This document shows, one piece after another, positions 39,471-50,214 of a stretch of DNA of 64,000 nucleotides (position 1 is the stretch's first letter; each line of letters begins with the position of its first letter). The translations under genes were made by a program, and so were the position numbers. The notes under the pieces are model-generated. The model made no database searches. It saw nothing but the letters and a program-made list of their open reading frames with translations, and had not been told where the DNA came from. This DNA comes from Planctomycetota bacterium (GTDB lineage: Bacteria > Planctomycetota > B15-G4 > JADJEK01): positions 160,001 to 224,000 of the forward strand of contig JBGAIQ010000004.1 in the NCBI GenBank assembly GCA_044225365.1, in the 5' to 3' direction.

Positions 39471-41420
39471 ATGACTCACGCCTCGAAGAACCCGCGTCCG
39501 TTCGCTCCTACCGCATTCGCCCTGCTGATCACGACGGCCTCCCTCGCGAGCTCGGCGCGAGCGCAAGACGACTCCGCCGTCGAAGTCGCCATCGACGGGC
39601 GCTTCGAGGACTGGGCGGGAAAGAACGCCGTCGCCCTCGCCTCGGGCACCTATCTCTACGTGCATTTCCACGTTCCCAGCGAGTACACGCTGCAGGCGGG
39701 CACGCAGTCCACCTACCTCGACCTCGACCTCGACGGCAAGGCGACGACGGGAAAGACGATGGGCGAAGGCGCGGGCGCGCTCGGAGTCGATCTCGAGATC
39801 GTGTTCAATCCACCCTCGGAGCGCGATCCCAAGAACTCGAAATCGATTCGCGGCGGCCTCGAGATCCGCAACTACGAGGACAACGGATTGTTCGACCGCG
39901 TCGGACATTCCACGATCGACCTCAGCTTCGCGCCGACGATCGCATCGAGCGAGTACGAGCTGCGGATCGGCCGCGTCCAGTCGCTGAAGGAGCCCGCGGG
40001 TTCGCGGTTCCGCTCGTCGAGCAAAGTACGCGGAGCGATCCGGATCGAGGGCGGCACCGCGAGCGCGCCGACGAAGGTGTTCACGAGCGACGTCTTCGAG
40101 GCGACGCTGCCACCGCTCGGCAAACGCGCTCGTTTCTCCGGAGCGATCCCGAAGAAGCCCGCCGGCAGCCTGCGGCTCGTCTCGTGGAACGTCGAGAAGG
40201 AGGGTCCGGATCACGATCCGAAGCCGTTCGCGAACATCCTGCACGAATTGGATCCCGACGTCATCCATCTGCAGGAGTGGAAGGCGAGCGACGAGGATCT
40301 CGTCGCGTGGTTCTCGGCGAACTATCCCTCGAAGGAACCGTGGCGCGCGCACACCTACAAGGATCTCGATTCGTCGATCGTCACGCGTCTGCCGCTCACC
40401 GCGATCGAAGGTGATCGATTGATGCCGAGTCACAAGGTCGACGGCAAGGCCGCGCAGACGGTGCGTTTCGTGGCAGCGCGCATCGAGTCGCCTCTCGGCC
40501 CGCTCCTCGCGGGGTCGATGCATCTCAAGTGCTGCGGCGGAAAGGACACGTACGAGGATCGCCTGCGCATCGCGCAGACGGAAGCGATCCGCGACTTCGC
40601 GCACCACGTGCTCGCGAACGACTCCTCGCTCATCCCGTTGTTCTCGGGTGACCTCAATCTCGTGGGCACCGGGGAGCCGCTTCTGAACCTCGGGAAGGGA
40701 CTCGACACCGACGGCAGCGACCTTGCGATCGCGAACGCGAGCGTCCTCGGTGAACCGTCGAACTACACGTGGTCCGACTCCGAATCGCCATTCAGCCCGG
40801 GCCGCCTCGATTACGCGCTCTTTGGCGACAATGTGCTCGAAGTCGCGCAGAGCTTCGTCTTCGACGGCGACCGCATCGATCCCGCGACCCTGAAGGCGGT
40901 AGGACTCGAGCCGAAGGATTTCAGGGCGAGCGACCATCGGCCGCTGGTCGTCGATTTGAAGAAGAAGACTCCCGTCGTGAAGGCACCGATCCCCGACTTG
41001 AAACCGATCACCGGCGGCGAGTTGCTCTCGCTCGCCACGGACGGCACGGCGGACGTCACGATCGTGAACCTGTGGGCGACGTGGTGCGTTCCGTGCGTGA
41101 AGGAACTCCCCGACCTGCTGCGCGCCGCGAGCGAGAAGGGGCCGAAGGTGCGCTTGATCCTCGTTTCCTGCGACGGCAAGAACGACTTGGAGAAGGCGAA
41201 GCAACTCCTCGGTCGCCTCGGCGTCGAATTCCAGACCTATGCGAAATCAGGTTCCGACGCGGAGTTCATCGACGCACTCGACAGGGAATGGGAAGGCACC
41301 CTTCCTGTCACCCTCGTCTACGATCGCTCCGGCAAGAAGCGGCTCACGCATCAGGGTCAGGCTTCGTACGAGGAGTTCGCGCGCCTCGCCTCGCTCGAAG
41401 ACGAGGCGAAGAACCGGTAA
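39471..41420 (+). CDS. Secreted endonuclease/exonuclease/phosphatase-family protein fused to a TlpA-like thioredoxin domain
   Basis: LVSWNV, DPDVIHLQE, HLKCC, GDLN, RLDY, SDHRP; C-terminal VNLWATWCVPCVKELP. Confidence 0.88.
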   Translation: MTHASKNPRPFAPTAFALLITTASLASSARAQDDSAVEVAIDGRFEDWAGKNAVALASGTYLYVHFHVPSEYTLQAGTQSTYLDLDLDGKATTGKTMGEGAGALGVDLEIVFNPPSERDPKNSKSIRGGLEIRNYEDNGLFDRVGHSTIDLSFAPTIASSEYELRIGRVQSLKEPAGSRFRSSSKVRGAIRIEGGTASAPTKVFTSDVFEATLPPLGKRARFSGAIPKKPAGSLRLVSWNVEKEGPDHDPKPFANILHELDPDVIHLQEWKASDEDLVAWFSANYPSKEPWRAHTYKDLDSSIVTRLPLTAIEGDRLMPSHKVDGKAAQTVRFVAARIESPLGPLLAGSMHLKCCGGKDTYEDRLRIAQTEAIRDFAHHVLANDSSLIPLFSGDLNLVGTGEPLLNLGKGLDTDGSDLAIANASVLGEPSNYTWSDSESPFSPGRLDYALFGDNVLEVAQSFVFDGDRIDPATLKAVGLEPKDFRASDHRPLVVDLKKKTPVVKAPIPDLKPITGGELLSLATDGTADVTIVNLWATWCVPCVKELPDLLRAASEKGPKVRLILVSCDGKNDLEKAKQLLGRLGVEFQTYAKSGSDAEFIDALDREWEGTLPVTLVYDRSGKKRLTHQGQASYEEFARLASLEDEAKNR

Positions 41421-41447
41421 GCTCGTCCAACCTGGAGGTATGAAGTC

Positions 41448-42110
41448 ATGCGTCGTCTCGCCCTCGCTCTCGCTCTCGTCTCCGGCACGCTCCTGTCCAC
41501 CGGCCTCATCGCCCAGGACAAGAAGCACGAATCGAAGAAGGCCCCCGCTCGTCTCCAACTCGGTGCGGCCGCGCCCGCGGGGAAGACCGAGATGGAAGGC
41601 GTCGACGGCAAGAAGTACACGATCGACGGCGTCGCGGGCAAAGCCGGCACGCTCGTCATCTTCTCCTGCAACCATTGCCCGTACGCCAAGGCCTGGGCGG
41701 GCCGCATCGCGGCTCTCGGGAACGAGTACGCCAAGAAGGGCTTCGGCGTCCTCGTGGTGAACAGCAACGACATCGCCGTTCATGCCGACGACAGCATGGA
41801 CAAGATGAAGGACGAGTCGAAGCGGCTGAAGCTGGAGTTCCCCTACGTGATGGACTCCGACTCCTCGGTCGCGCGGGCGTTCGGCGCCACCAAGACGCCC
41901 GAGGTCTTCCTCTTCGACAAGGACAAGAAGCTCGTCTACTGGGGCGCCGTCGACGACAACTCGGACGACGAGAAGGCCGTGAAGCAGCACTACCTGAAGG
42001 ACGCGCTCGACGCCGTCGTCGCCGGCAAGAAGCCCGAGCCCGCGGAGACCAAGGCGCTCGGTTGTGGAATCAGCTTCCGCCCCGAAGCTCCGGAGAAGAA
42101 GGGCTCCTGA
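41448..42110 (+). CDS. Secreted thioredoxin-family (AhpC/TSA-like) protein
   Basis: GGAGG SD; FSCNHCPY, FGATKTPEVFLFD, YWGAVDD, C-terminal GC. Confidence 0.9.
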   Translation: MRRLALALALVSGTLLSTGLIAQDKKHESKKAPARLQLGAAAPAGKTEMEGVDGKKYTIDGVAGKAGTLVIFSCNHCPYAKAWAGRIAALGNEYAKKGFGVLVVNSNDIAVHADDSMDKMKDESKRLKLEFPYVMDSDSSVARAFGATKTPEVFLFDKDKKLVYWGAVDDNSDDEKAVKQHYLKDALDAVVAGKKPEPAETKALGCGISFRPEAPEKKGS

Positions 42111-42537
42111 AGCCCGCGACGCAGAGCGCGCCCCAACCGAGGAGCAGCAGCACGCCGCCGATCGGCGTGATCGGTCCGAGCCAGCTGGGGAAGGTCGGCG
42201 CGGAAAGGGCCATCGCGTAGAGCGAGCCCGAGAACAGGAAGATCCCGGCGGTGAACGATGATGCTGCAAAGTTCGCGGCGCGTTCACCGCCGCGCGCGTT
42301 CATCGTGCCGCAGAGCACGATCAGCGGCGCGTGATAGAGCTGGTAGCGCGCGGCCGTTTCCCACCACTCGAGCGCCTTCGGCTCGAGCTTCGACTTGAGC
42401 GCGTGCGCAGCGAACGCGCCGGCCGCGACGCCGAGGAATCCGAGGATTCCTCCGACCACGAGCCATCGCTTCCTGCGAGCCGAGTCTTCTTGCGTCGCAA
42501 GAGCGTCCGAATCCGGTGTGATCATGGGAGTCCTCAT
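42070..42537 (-). CDS. DUF423 membrane protein (YgdD-like)
   Basis: GAFAAHAL, YQLYHA, FSGSLY, LGPITPIGG. Confidence 0.9.
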   Translation of the reverse strand: MRTPMITPDSDALATQEDSARRKRWLVVGGILGFLGVAAGAFAAHALKSKLEPKALEWWETAARYQLYHAPLIVLCGTMNARGGERAANFAASSFTAGIFLFSGSLYAMALSAPTFPSWLGPITPIGGVLLLLGWGALCVAGFRSPSSPELRGGS

Positions 42538-44636
42538 TCCTGCGAGCGGACGCGCAACAGCGCGACACCATCGAAGGGCAGTCGAAGGGAGTACGACGAC
42601 GTCGCTGCCGTGCCGATCGCGCCCTTCGCAAGGTCGTCGACGAAGACCGGATGATCGAATTCCAGCTCGAAGGAATCGGCGAGGGCCGCATCGACTCCCC
42701 CAAGATCGAGATCTGGAAGACTGAATTCGGTGCGCACGATCCCGTAGAGCTTGCCTCGTTCGGATTCGTGCTCGAACACGCGCACGCGCGGCACGCCGCC
42801 GCCCGCGCTTCGCTTCACTCGAAACGGAATCGTCGCTCCAGCGGCAGTGAACACGTCGCGCAGGCCGTTCTCGAATGCGATCGCGGACTCGATCCCGCGA
42901 TCACGCAGCGCGCGATAGTCGCGAAGATTGCGATCGAGGAAGATCGCGCGCGTTTCCTCTGGGGACCGGATCTTCAGGTCACGTTCGACGGAACGGATCT
43001 TCGTCAGCGCCTCGTCCGCGAGGTGCTCGTCGCCAGGATTCGCCTCGTCCCACGGCGCCTCGCACCGCTTGCGTTCGATTCCGAACACGTCGTCGAGGCG
43101 ACCGCGCAAAAGACCGTTGCCGTGCTCATCGAACAGCCCGCAATCGGCATCCGCAAGGACGGTACCGCCCTTCGCGACGAACTCGCGAATGCGACTCTCG
43201 ACGGCGCCCGACATCGCGATCACCCGCGGCAGGACGAGGACCCTCACGTTCGCGAGCGGATCACCGCCCGCTGCCGATTCGAGGTCCTCGTCGGCGAGGA
43301 AACGAAACGGCGCGAGGAGATCGGAGAGGAGGAGCTGCCAGCCCCAGTAGACCTCGGCGAGCGGGAGGATCTCGCCCTCGAGCCGAGCGGCGCGCGTCGG
43401 CCAGTAGATTCCGTCCGGTTCGGCTTCGATCAGCCATTCGAGCTTGAGGGAGCGCGCCGAGTAGAGGATCGCAACCCGCGGCGACACGTCGCGAGCGTTC
43501 ACCCATTCGTGCGCTCCTTCGGTTGCGAAGAACCGAGCGCTCTCCGATATGGCGACCGCAAAATTGGAAGCGACGACGGGCAGGGGCTTCGAGGACGAGT
43601 CCACCCTCGCGTCGAACCAGACGTCTGCATGCTCCACGATTCCACCGCGCGCTCCGACGAAGAACTGCTCGAACATCGCGCGGCGCGACAAACGAAAGTC
43701 CCCTTCGGCCTGTCCCGGGATCGGATGCAACGGAAGGAACACGCGACAGTCTGGCCGCTTCACGGAGCATGCGATCTCGCTCGAGGTCGGATCGCGCGGC
43801 GGACAGATCAGCGTGACGACACGGGGCAGGCGCGACCAATCGACGCCGCTGAAGGGATTCGGCAGCGCACCCCCGACGAAACCGGCGGCGACGTCGGAGT
43901 CCCCGCGCGCCTTCTTTGCCAGATCGGCGAGGATCTGAGTCATCGAGCGATCGAGGAACTCACGGTAGTCGAGCCAGCCGCCGACGCGAGCCTGCGTGCG
44001 CGTCTTCCCCTCGTTCTGCGCGCGCGCGCGATCCACGCCCCACGGCTCGAGCGCCTCGAAGCTCGTGCCGTCGATACCCAGCGCGGTCGCCGCGGCCTCG
44101 GCGCTCTGGAAACGCGTCGCGAGATCGCGCCGCCAGGCTGCGATGCAGTCGCCGCACATGCAGATGTCACTGGGATCGGAGTCGCGACCCCACGACGGCT
44201 CGTTCGCGACCGAGATCCCGATCACGTTCGGACGTTTCGATTCTCGGACTTCCGCGAGGCGAGGATCGAAGATGCCGGCTTCGAGCGCGCGACGCGGACA
44301 GGTCGATCGCACCGTGAGGCGAGGATCTCGCGTCACGAGATATCGTGCGGCGCTGTCCTCGTACTCCGGATCGCTCCATCGCAGTTCGCCGCGATCGGCG
44401 ACGCGATCGAGAAGGACGGGCGCGGAGTCGGTGTTCGTCGAAGCGACCACCGGGTCCGCGACCGAGATCGAAAGACCGGAGACCGACGTACGTTCGAGGA
44501 TCGCCTTTTCGGGCTCCGTCGGCGGATGCGAGAGACGAACGAAGATGGGAAACACGGGGCTCGAGGGCGCACTCTCGACGCTCGCGGCGCACACCGGACT
44601 CACCGCGAACGAGACGACTAGGACTGGAAGGAGCAT
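42534..44636 (-). CDS. Secreted GH42-like glycoside hydrolase with trimerisation domain
   Basis: NEP motif followed by CMCGDC, VAILYS, VLVLP, FVAKGGTVLAD, LDDVFGI. Start at MLLPVLVVS inferred. Confidence 0.7.
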   Translation of the reverse strand: MLLPVLVVSFAVSPVCAASVESAPSSPVFPIFVRLSHPPTEPEKAILERTSVSGLSISVADPVVASTNTDSAPVLLDRVADRGELRWSDPEYEDSAARYLVTRDPRLTVRSTCPRRALEAGIFDPRLAEVRESKRPNVIGISVANEPSWGRDSDPSDICMCGDCIAAWRRDLATRFQSAEAAATALGIDGTSFEALEPWGVDRARAQNEGKTRTQARVGGWLDYREFLDRSMTQILADLAKKARGDSDVAAGFVGGALPNPFSGVDWSRLPRVVTLICPPRDPTSSEIACSVKRPDCRVFLPLHPIPGQAEGDFRLSRRAMFEQFFVGARGGIVEHADVWFDARVDSSSKPLPVVASNFAVAISESARFFATEGAHEWVNARDVSPRVAILYSARSLKLEWLIEAEPDGIYWPTRAARLEGEILPLAEVYWGWQLLLSDLLAPFRFLADEDLESAAGGDPLANVRVLVLPRVIAMSGAVESRIREFVAKGGTVLADADCGLFDEHGNGLLRGRLDDVFGIERKRCEAPWDEANPGDEHLADEALTKIRSVERDLKIRSPEETRAIFLDRNLRDYRALRDRGIESAIAFENGLRDVFTAAGATIPFRVKRSAGGGVPRVRVFEHESERGKLYGIVRTEFSLPDLDLGGVDAALADSFELEFDHPVFVDDLAKGAIGTAATSSYSLRLPFDGVALLRVRSQE

Positions 44637-44676
44637 CGAGGAGCTCGAATTCGCCGTCGAACCGTTCTCGATCCTA

Positions 44677-45336
44677 TCACCGTACGAGGCGAGCGAGCAG
44701 TTCGCGCGCGGCCGACTCGCAATCACGCGCGCCGAGAATCGCCTGCGAGACCGCGATGCGATCCCCACCCTGCTGAACGATGAGGTCGACGTTGGCGCAA
44801 GTGATTCCGCCGATCGCGAACACCGGGATCTCGACGCTCGAAACGACCGGTCGCAGTGCGGGAGGCCCCACGAGTTCGATCTTCGCCTTCGTCGCGGTAT
44901 CGAACATCGCTCCGAATCCCAGGTAGTCGGCGCCCTTGCTCGCGGCGACCTTCGCCTGCCCCAATGTATGGGTCGAGACTCCCACGAGCGCATCGCGTCC
45001 GAGTTTCGCCCGCGCGGTCGCGACGCTCGCGTCGCCTTGCCCGAGATGGACCCCGTCGGCTCCACTCGAACACGCCGCTTCGATGTCGTCGTTCACGATG
45101 AGCAGCGCCCCTTCGAGCCACGGCTTCAGTTCTGCGGCGAGACGGACGACATCTCGTGTCGGCGCTTCCTTCGCCCGGAGTTGGACGATTCCAACTCCAC
45201 CGCGAACGGCGGCGCCGATGCGTTCGCAGAACCGCGAGAGTTCTTCGCGACGAAGCGTCACCGGGGGCTGCGCGACGAGGTAGAGACGCGTCGCCGCGAG
45301 CGCCCGGGCTCGCTCCTCGCCGTGACGATTTGTCAT
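44677..45336 (-). CDS. thiE: Thiamine-phosphate synthase
   Basis: VQLRAK, IVNDD, ADGVHLGQGD, GVSTH, FDTATK, AIGGI. Confidence 0.93.
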   Translation of the reverse strand: MTNRHGEERARALAATRLYLVAQPPVTLRREELSRFCERIGAAVRGGVGIVQLRAKEAPTRDVVRLAAELKPWLEGALLIVNDDIEAACSSGADGVHLGQGDASVATARAKLGRDALVGVSTHTLGQAKVAASKGADYLGFGAMFDTATKAKIELVGPPALRPVVSSVEIPVFAIGGITCANVDLIVQQGGDRIAVSQAILGARDCESAARELLARLVR

Positions 45337-45585
45337 CGATGACTCCGGCCGACTCCGACCTCTGGTCGCTGTCGGGACAAAATGTCGCGAATTCCGGTGG
45401 ACGAGCTCACGACCGACTTCCGCGCCTGCACATAAGTGTTTGGCAATTCGAATGCAACGATACCCGACCGGACCCGTTGTTTGGCATCACGTTTGTGGTG
45501 CCGCGCTCGCCTCGTTCGTCGAGGCAGGGTGTGGTCGGTAGAACGACCCTTCCGAGTGACATCGAATCGAAGTCGAACGACTTTC

Positions 45586-45996
45586 ATGACTCGCCACAAC
45601 CGAAACAAGAAGCATCCCATGGAGATCCTGCTCGCGGAAGACGACACCAGCGTCCGCGCGGCTCTCAAGGAGTTTCTCGGTCGCGAGGGCTTCGTCGTCT
45701 ACGAAGCCGACAGCGGACTCGCCGCGCTCGAAATCCTTCAGCGTACACGCGTCACGTTCTCCATCATGGATGTCGACATGCCCGGGATGACCGGATTCGA
45801 AGTGCTGAAGATCGTCCGCCAGCAGCTTGGCGGCGCGCTTCCTTGCATCTTCATCTCCGGTGACAGCTCGCGGGAACGACAGATGAAGGCACTCGAAGTC
45901 GGAGCTTTCTCGCTCCTCGAAAAACCGATCGCACCCGATCTGCTGCGCTTCTCGGTGCAGCGACTCGTGGATTTCCACTACGGCAAGCTTCGCTGA
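45586..45996 (+). CDS. Single-domain response regulator
   Basis: ILLAEDD, IMDVDMPGMTG, ISG, EKP. Start is 45586 or 45619. Confidence 0.88.
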   Translation: MTRHNRNKKHPMEILLAEDDTSVRAALKEFLGREGFVVYEADSGLAALEILQRTRVTFSIMDVDMPGMTGFEVLKIVRQQLGGALPCIFISGDSSRERQMKALEVGAFSLLEKPIAPDLLRFSVQRLVDFHYGKLR

Positions 45997-46202
45997 GCGC
46001 AGCAGCTCGGAGCGACTCGTCGCTCCAGCGATGCGACTTGCGGGCTTTGGCGTAGCGACGGACAGCGGGATCGGTCCCCTGCCGAAGTTTTGACACCGCA
46101 CGGCGACGTGCTCCTCCTTCTCGATCGGCGACGGTCGAGTCCGCAGGGCCGGCGTCGCGCGAATTCGTATTCGATCGAGCAACGTGTTTTGAGGAGTTCG
46201 CC

Positions 46203-46529
46203 ATGGCGACGAAGGCAAAGACCCAGACGAGTGTGAAGACGTCCGTGAAGCCGCTGAACGACCACATCCTGGTCCGCCCGGCCGAGGCCGAGGAGAAGAC
46301 CCGCGGCGGCATCATCCTCCCGGACACGGCGAAGGAGAAGCCGGCGGAAGGCGTCGTGATCGCCCTCGGCGAAGGCCGCCTGCTCGACGACGGCAAGCGC
46401 GCCACGTTCCAGGTGAAGGTCAACGACCGCGTCATCTACTCGAAGTACGCCGGCCACGAGATCACGATCGATGGCGAGGAGTACAAGGTCATCCAGGAGT
46501 CCGACGTGTACGCGGTGATCGAGAACTGA
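46203..46529 (+). CDS. groES: Co-chaperonin GroES
   Basis: KPLNDHILV, EEKTRGGIILPDTAKEKP, KYAG; GAGGAG SD. Confidence 0.97.
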   Translation: MATKAKTQTSVKTSVKPLNDHILVRPAEAEEKTRGGIILPDTAKEKPAEGVVIALGEGRLLDDGKRATFQVKVNDRVIYSKYAGHEITIDGEEYKVIQESDVYAVIEN

Positions 46530-46585
46530 TCGCTGCCCGCGACTCCTGAACCCGAAACCAACCACCAAGAAAAAGAGACAAGACC

Positions 46586-48202
46586 ATGGGTGCGAAGCGC
46601 ATTGCGTATGACCAGGAAGCCCGAGAGCTGATTCGCAGCGGCGTGCGGAAGCTCGCCCGCGCCGTGAAGGTGACGCTCGGTCCCCGCGGCCGAAACGTGA
46701 TCCTCCAGAAGTCGTTCGGCTCGCCGACCGTCACCAAGGACGGCGTCTCCGTCGCGAAGGAGATCGAGCTCGAGGACGCGTACGAGAACATGGGCGCGCA
46801 GATCGTGAAGGAGGTCGCCTCGAAGACCTCCGACGTCGCCGGTGACGGCACCACGACCGCGACCGTCCTCGCCGAGGCAATCTTCGAAGAGGGCCTCAAG
46901 AACGTCGCGGCCGGCGCCAATCCCGTCGACCTCAAGCGCGGCATCGAGAAGGCCGTCGCAGCGATCGTGGCTCACCTCAAGGATCAGAGCACTTCGATCA
47001 AGAATCGCGACGAGATCGCGCAGGTCGCGACGATCGCGAGCAACGGCGACGTCGAGATCGGCGGCAAGATCGCCGAGGCGATGGAGCGCGTCGGCAAGGA
47101 CGGCGTCATCACGATCGAGGAAGGCAAGTCGCTGAACACCGAGATCGAGTGGGTCGAGGGCATGCAGTTCGACAAGGGCTACCTCTCGCCCCACTTCGTG
47201 ACCGACGTCGCGAAGATGGAAGCGGTCCTCGAGGACCCGTTCATCCTGATCCACGAGAAGAAGATCTCGTCGGTGAAGGACCTCATCCCGGTCCTCGAGA
47301 AGGTCGCTCAGGCGGGTCGCCCGCTCGTGATCATCGCCGAGGAGATCGAGGGTGAAGCGCTCGCGACGCTCGTCGTGAACAAGCTGCGCGGCATCTTCTC
47401 CTGCTGCGCCGTGAAGGCTCCGGGCTTCGGCGATCGCCGCAAGGCGATGCTCGAGGACATCGCGATCCTCACGGGCGGCACCGCGATCTTCGAAGACCTC
47501 GGAATCAAGCTCGAGAACATCGCTCTCACCGACCTCGGTCGCGCGAAGAAAGTGTTCATCGACAAGGACAACACCACGATCATCGAAGGCGCGGGCAAGA
47601 AGGCCGACATCCAGGCCCGCATCGGTCAGATCAAGTCCGAGATCGAGCGCACGACCTCCGACTACGACAAGGAGAAGCTCCAGGAGCGCCTTGCCAAGCT
47701 CGCGGGCGGCGTGGCGCAGGTCAACGTCGGCGCGGCGACCGAGTCCGAGATGAAGGAGAAGAAGGCGCGCGTCGAGGACGCGCTCCACGCGACTCGCGCG
47801 GCCGTCGAGGAGGGCATCCTCCCCGGTGGCGGCGTCGCGCTCCTGCGTTCGCAGAAGGTCCTCGACGGTCTCACCCTCAAGGGTGACGAGGGCGTCGGCG
47901 TCGGCATCATCCGCCGCGCGCTCGAGCTCCCGCTGAAGACGATCGCGGCGAACGCCGGCGTCGACGGCGCGATCGTCGTCGAGAACGTGAAGAACCAGAA
48001 GAAGGCGTCCGAAGGCTACGACGCGGCGACCCTCGAGTACTGCGACATGGTGAAGCGCGGCATCATCGACCCGACGAAGGTCACCCGCAGCGCCCTCCAG
48101 AACGCGGCCTCGATCGCCACGCTCCTCCTCACGACCGACGCTCTCGTTTCGGACATCCCGGAAGAGAAGGCGGGCGCGAAGGCCGGGCCCGCGGCGTACT
48201 GA
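46586..48202 (+). CDS. groEL: Chaperonin GroEL
   Basis: [35 protein letters not shown]. Confidence 0.98.
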   Translation: MGAKRIAYDQEARELIRSGVRKLARAVKVTLGPRGRNVILQKSFGSPTVTKDGVSVAKEIELEDAYENMGAQIVKEVASKTSDVAGDGTTTATVLAEAIFEEGLKNVAAGANPVDLKRGIEKAVAAIVAHLKDQSTSIKNRDEIAQVATIASNGDVEIGGKIAEAMERVGKDGVITIEEGKSLNTEIEWVEGMQFDKGYLSPHFVTDVAKMEAVLEDPFILIHEKKISSVKDLIPVLEKVAQAGRPLVIIAEEIEGEALATLVVNKLRGIFSCCAVKAPGFGDRRKAMLEDIAILTGGTAIFEDLGIKLENIALTDLGRAKKVFIDKDNTTIIEGAGKKADIQARIGQIKSEIERTTSDYDKEKLQERLAKLAGGVAQVNVGAATESEMKEKKARVEDALHATRAAVEEGILPGGGVALLRSQKVLDGLTLKGDEGVGVGIIRRALELPLKTIAANAGVDGAIVVENVKNQKKASEGYDAATLEYCDMVKRGIIDPTKVTRSALQNAASIATLLLTTDALVSDIPEEKAGAKAGPAAY

Positions 48203-48227
48203 GCCCGACTGACGGATTCGTCACCTG

Positions 48228-48273
48228 AAAGGACCCGCATTCCACGACGTGGAATGCGGGTCCTTTCCCTTTT
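48228..48273 (+). terminator. Rho-independent terminator after groEL
   Basis: Perfect inverted repeat AAAGGACCCGCATTCCAC / GTGGAATGCGGGTCCTTT followed by CCCTTTT. Confidence 0.85.
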
Positions 48274-48514
48274 CACCCCGCAATGAAGAGATCGAACGAT
48301 CGCAAATATATGTGATATAGTAGTTTGTGATTCTGAACCCGAGGCCGACTCGAAACCCACGCGAATCGACTGCCCCTGCATCCACGGGCGAGTTCTACCC
48401 GAAATCTGACGCGTCTGTCATTTTTTCGAGTTCGCGCTCGAAGGGCGTCCCGCTCCACGGACTTCTCTCGACCGCACGACCCATCCGCCCACCCAAAACA
48501 CGATCAGGTCCAGG

Positions 48515-50137
48515 ATGTCACAGGCCAATCTCCCGCCCTCCCGCGTGTTCGCCCTCGCAGCGATCTTCGTCACCTTTTCTCCCTCCACCTACGCCCGACA
48601 GCCCCGACAACTCGGACTCGAGCACGCGCTCGAGGAGAAGCTGAACGATGGCGCGGAGTTCAGCAAGAAGTTGAAGAAGGTGCGTGAGCACGGCGACGAG
48701 ATCTTTGGCGCCGCTTGGACGAAAGCCGACGGTCAGGGCCGGCCGCTGACGAACGGCAAGGGCGGGACGATCGCGGATCCGAACGATCCCCTCGTTGGCG
48801 CGCGGCGCATGAACTCGATCTCAGGACCCGACGCGTCGTCGTGCGCGGGCTGCCACAACAAACCGTTCGATGGAGGCGGCGGCGATTTCAGTTCGAGTGT
48901 CTTCGTGCTCTCCGAGCGGTTCGATCACATCAGCTTCGACGCCTCGGAGCTCACGTCGTTGAAGGGCGAGAAGGACGAGAATGGCCAGACCGTGAATCTG
49001 AAGACGGTCGGGAACCTTCGAGCTTCGATCGGCCTCGGCGGCTCCGGGTACATCGAACTCCTCGCCCGCCAGATCACCGAGGACTTGCAGACGGACCGCG
49101 ACTCGCTCGCGCCGGGAGCTTCGATCGCTCTCGTTTCCGAACGCACGGGGAACCTCGAGTTCGGAACGCTCTCGCGCGATGCGCAAGGCGTGTGGGACAC
49201 GAGCGCCGTGGTCGGGTTGCCCAGCTCGAGCACCGCTTCGACGGGCCCGTCGGATCCACCGAGCCTCATCGTGAAGCCGTTCCACCAATCCGGAGCGGTC
49301 GTGTCGCTGCGACAATTCGCGAACAACGCGCTGAACCAACATCACGGCATCCAATCGAGCGAGCGGTTCGGCGCGGGCATCGACGCGGACGGGGACGGCA
49401 TCGCCGATGAGCTCGGCATCGCGGACGTCACCGCGCTCACGCTCGACTCCGCGCAGTATCCCGTTCCTGGCCGCGTGATCCCCCGCGACAAGGCCCTGGA
49501 GGAGGTCATCCGCCGAGGCGAGGACAACTTCAAGGACATCGGATGCGTGGCTTGCCACGTCCCCGAGCTGCCGCTCGCGTCGTCGCTGTTCACCGAACCG
49601 AATCCCTTCAACCCGAAGGACGGCAATCTCGATCCGACCGACGCCTACGTCGCCACCTACGGCACGTTCGCCTTCGACCTCAACGATGCGACGCTCGATG
49701 GCCCGCGGCTCAAGGCCAACTCGGAAGGGATCACGTTCGTCCCGGCGTTCACCGATCTGAAGCTCCACGACATCACCGACCCGAACCTCACTTGGCCCTT
49801 GGACGAGAACGAGGAGCCCCTCGACATGGAGCTCAGCCCTCCGACCCTCGGCCACAACGCCCGCTTCCTCACGAAGAAGCTCTGGGGCTTCGCGAACGAA
49901 CCGCCCTACTTCCACCACGGCCGTTACACCACGATCCGCGAAGCGATCGAGGCTCACAAGGGCGAGGCCGCGGCGGCCGCGGCGCAGTGGTCCTCCCTCA
50001 GCGCCGACGACAAGGACTCGGTGATCGAATTCCTGAAGACGCTGCAGGGTCGGCCCGCAGACTCGAAGAACCGAATCGTCGACGAGAATGGAAAGCCGCG
50101 GAAGTGGCAGAAGTTCGCCGCGAAGGATTTCGATTGA
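48515..50137 (+). CDS. Secreted di-heme oxidoreductase family (DHOR / thiol oxidoreductase-like) protein
   Basis: CAGCH and CVACH; FTDLKLHDI; TKKLWG..PPYFHHGR..IEAHKGEA; IEFLKTL. Confidence 0.87.
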   Translation: MSQANLPPSRVFALAAIFVTFSPSTYARQPRQLGLEHALEEKLNDGAEFSKKLKKVREHGDEIFGAAWTKADGQGRPLTNGKGGTIADPNDPLVGARRMNSISGPDASSCAGCHNKPFDGGGGDFSSSVFVLSERFDHISFDASELTSLKGEKDENGQTVNLKTVGNLRASIGLGGSGYIELLARQITEDLQTDRDSLAPGASIALVSERTGNLEFGTLSRDAQGVWDTSAVVGLPSSSTASTGPSDPPSLIVKPFHQSGAVVSLRQFANNALNQHHGIQSSERFGAGIDADGDGIADELGIADVTALTLDSAQYPVPGRVIPRDKALEEVIRRGEDNFKDIGCVACHVPELPLASSLFTEPNPFNPKDGNLDPTDAYVATYGTFAFDLNDATLDGPRLKANSEGITFVPAFTDLKLHDITDPNLTWPLDENEEPLDMELSPPTLGHNARFLTKKLWGFANEPPYFHHGRYTTIREAIEAHKGEAAAAAAQWSSLSADDKDSVIEFLKTLQGRPADSKNRIVDENGKPRKWQKFAAKDFD

Positions 50138-50214
50138 GCCGCGCGACGACTCGCGTGACGCCGCCCTCTCTCATGTCGCCCGGGACGCTTCATGCGTCGG
50201 ACGAATCGTGACGA

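Noticed and set aside
37203-41204. 1333-aa ORF suggesting a giant methyltransferase
   Set aside because: Only 37203-38585 carries methyltransferase motifs; the remainder overlaps two other real genes.
45337-45585. TPP riboswitch upstream of thiE
   Set aside because: No CTGAGA core or recognisable TPP fold on the minus strand.
46085-46115. CIRCE element upstream of groES
   Set aside because: Only partial half-site matches, with the wrong spacing.
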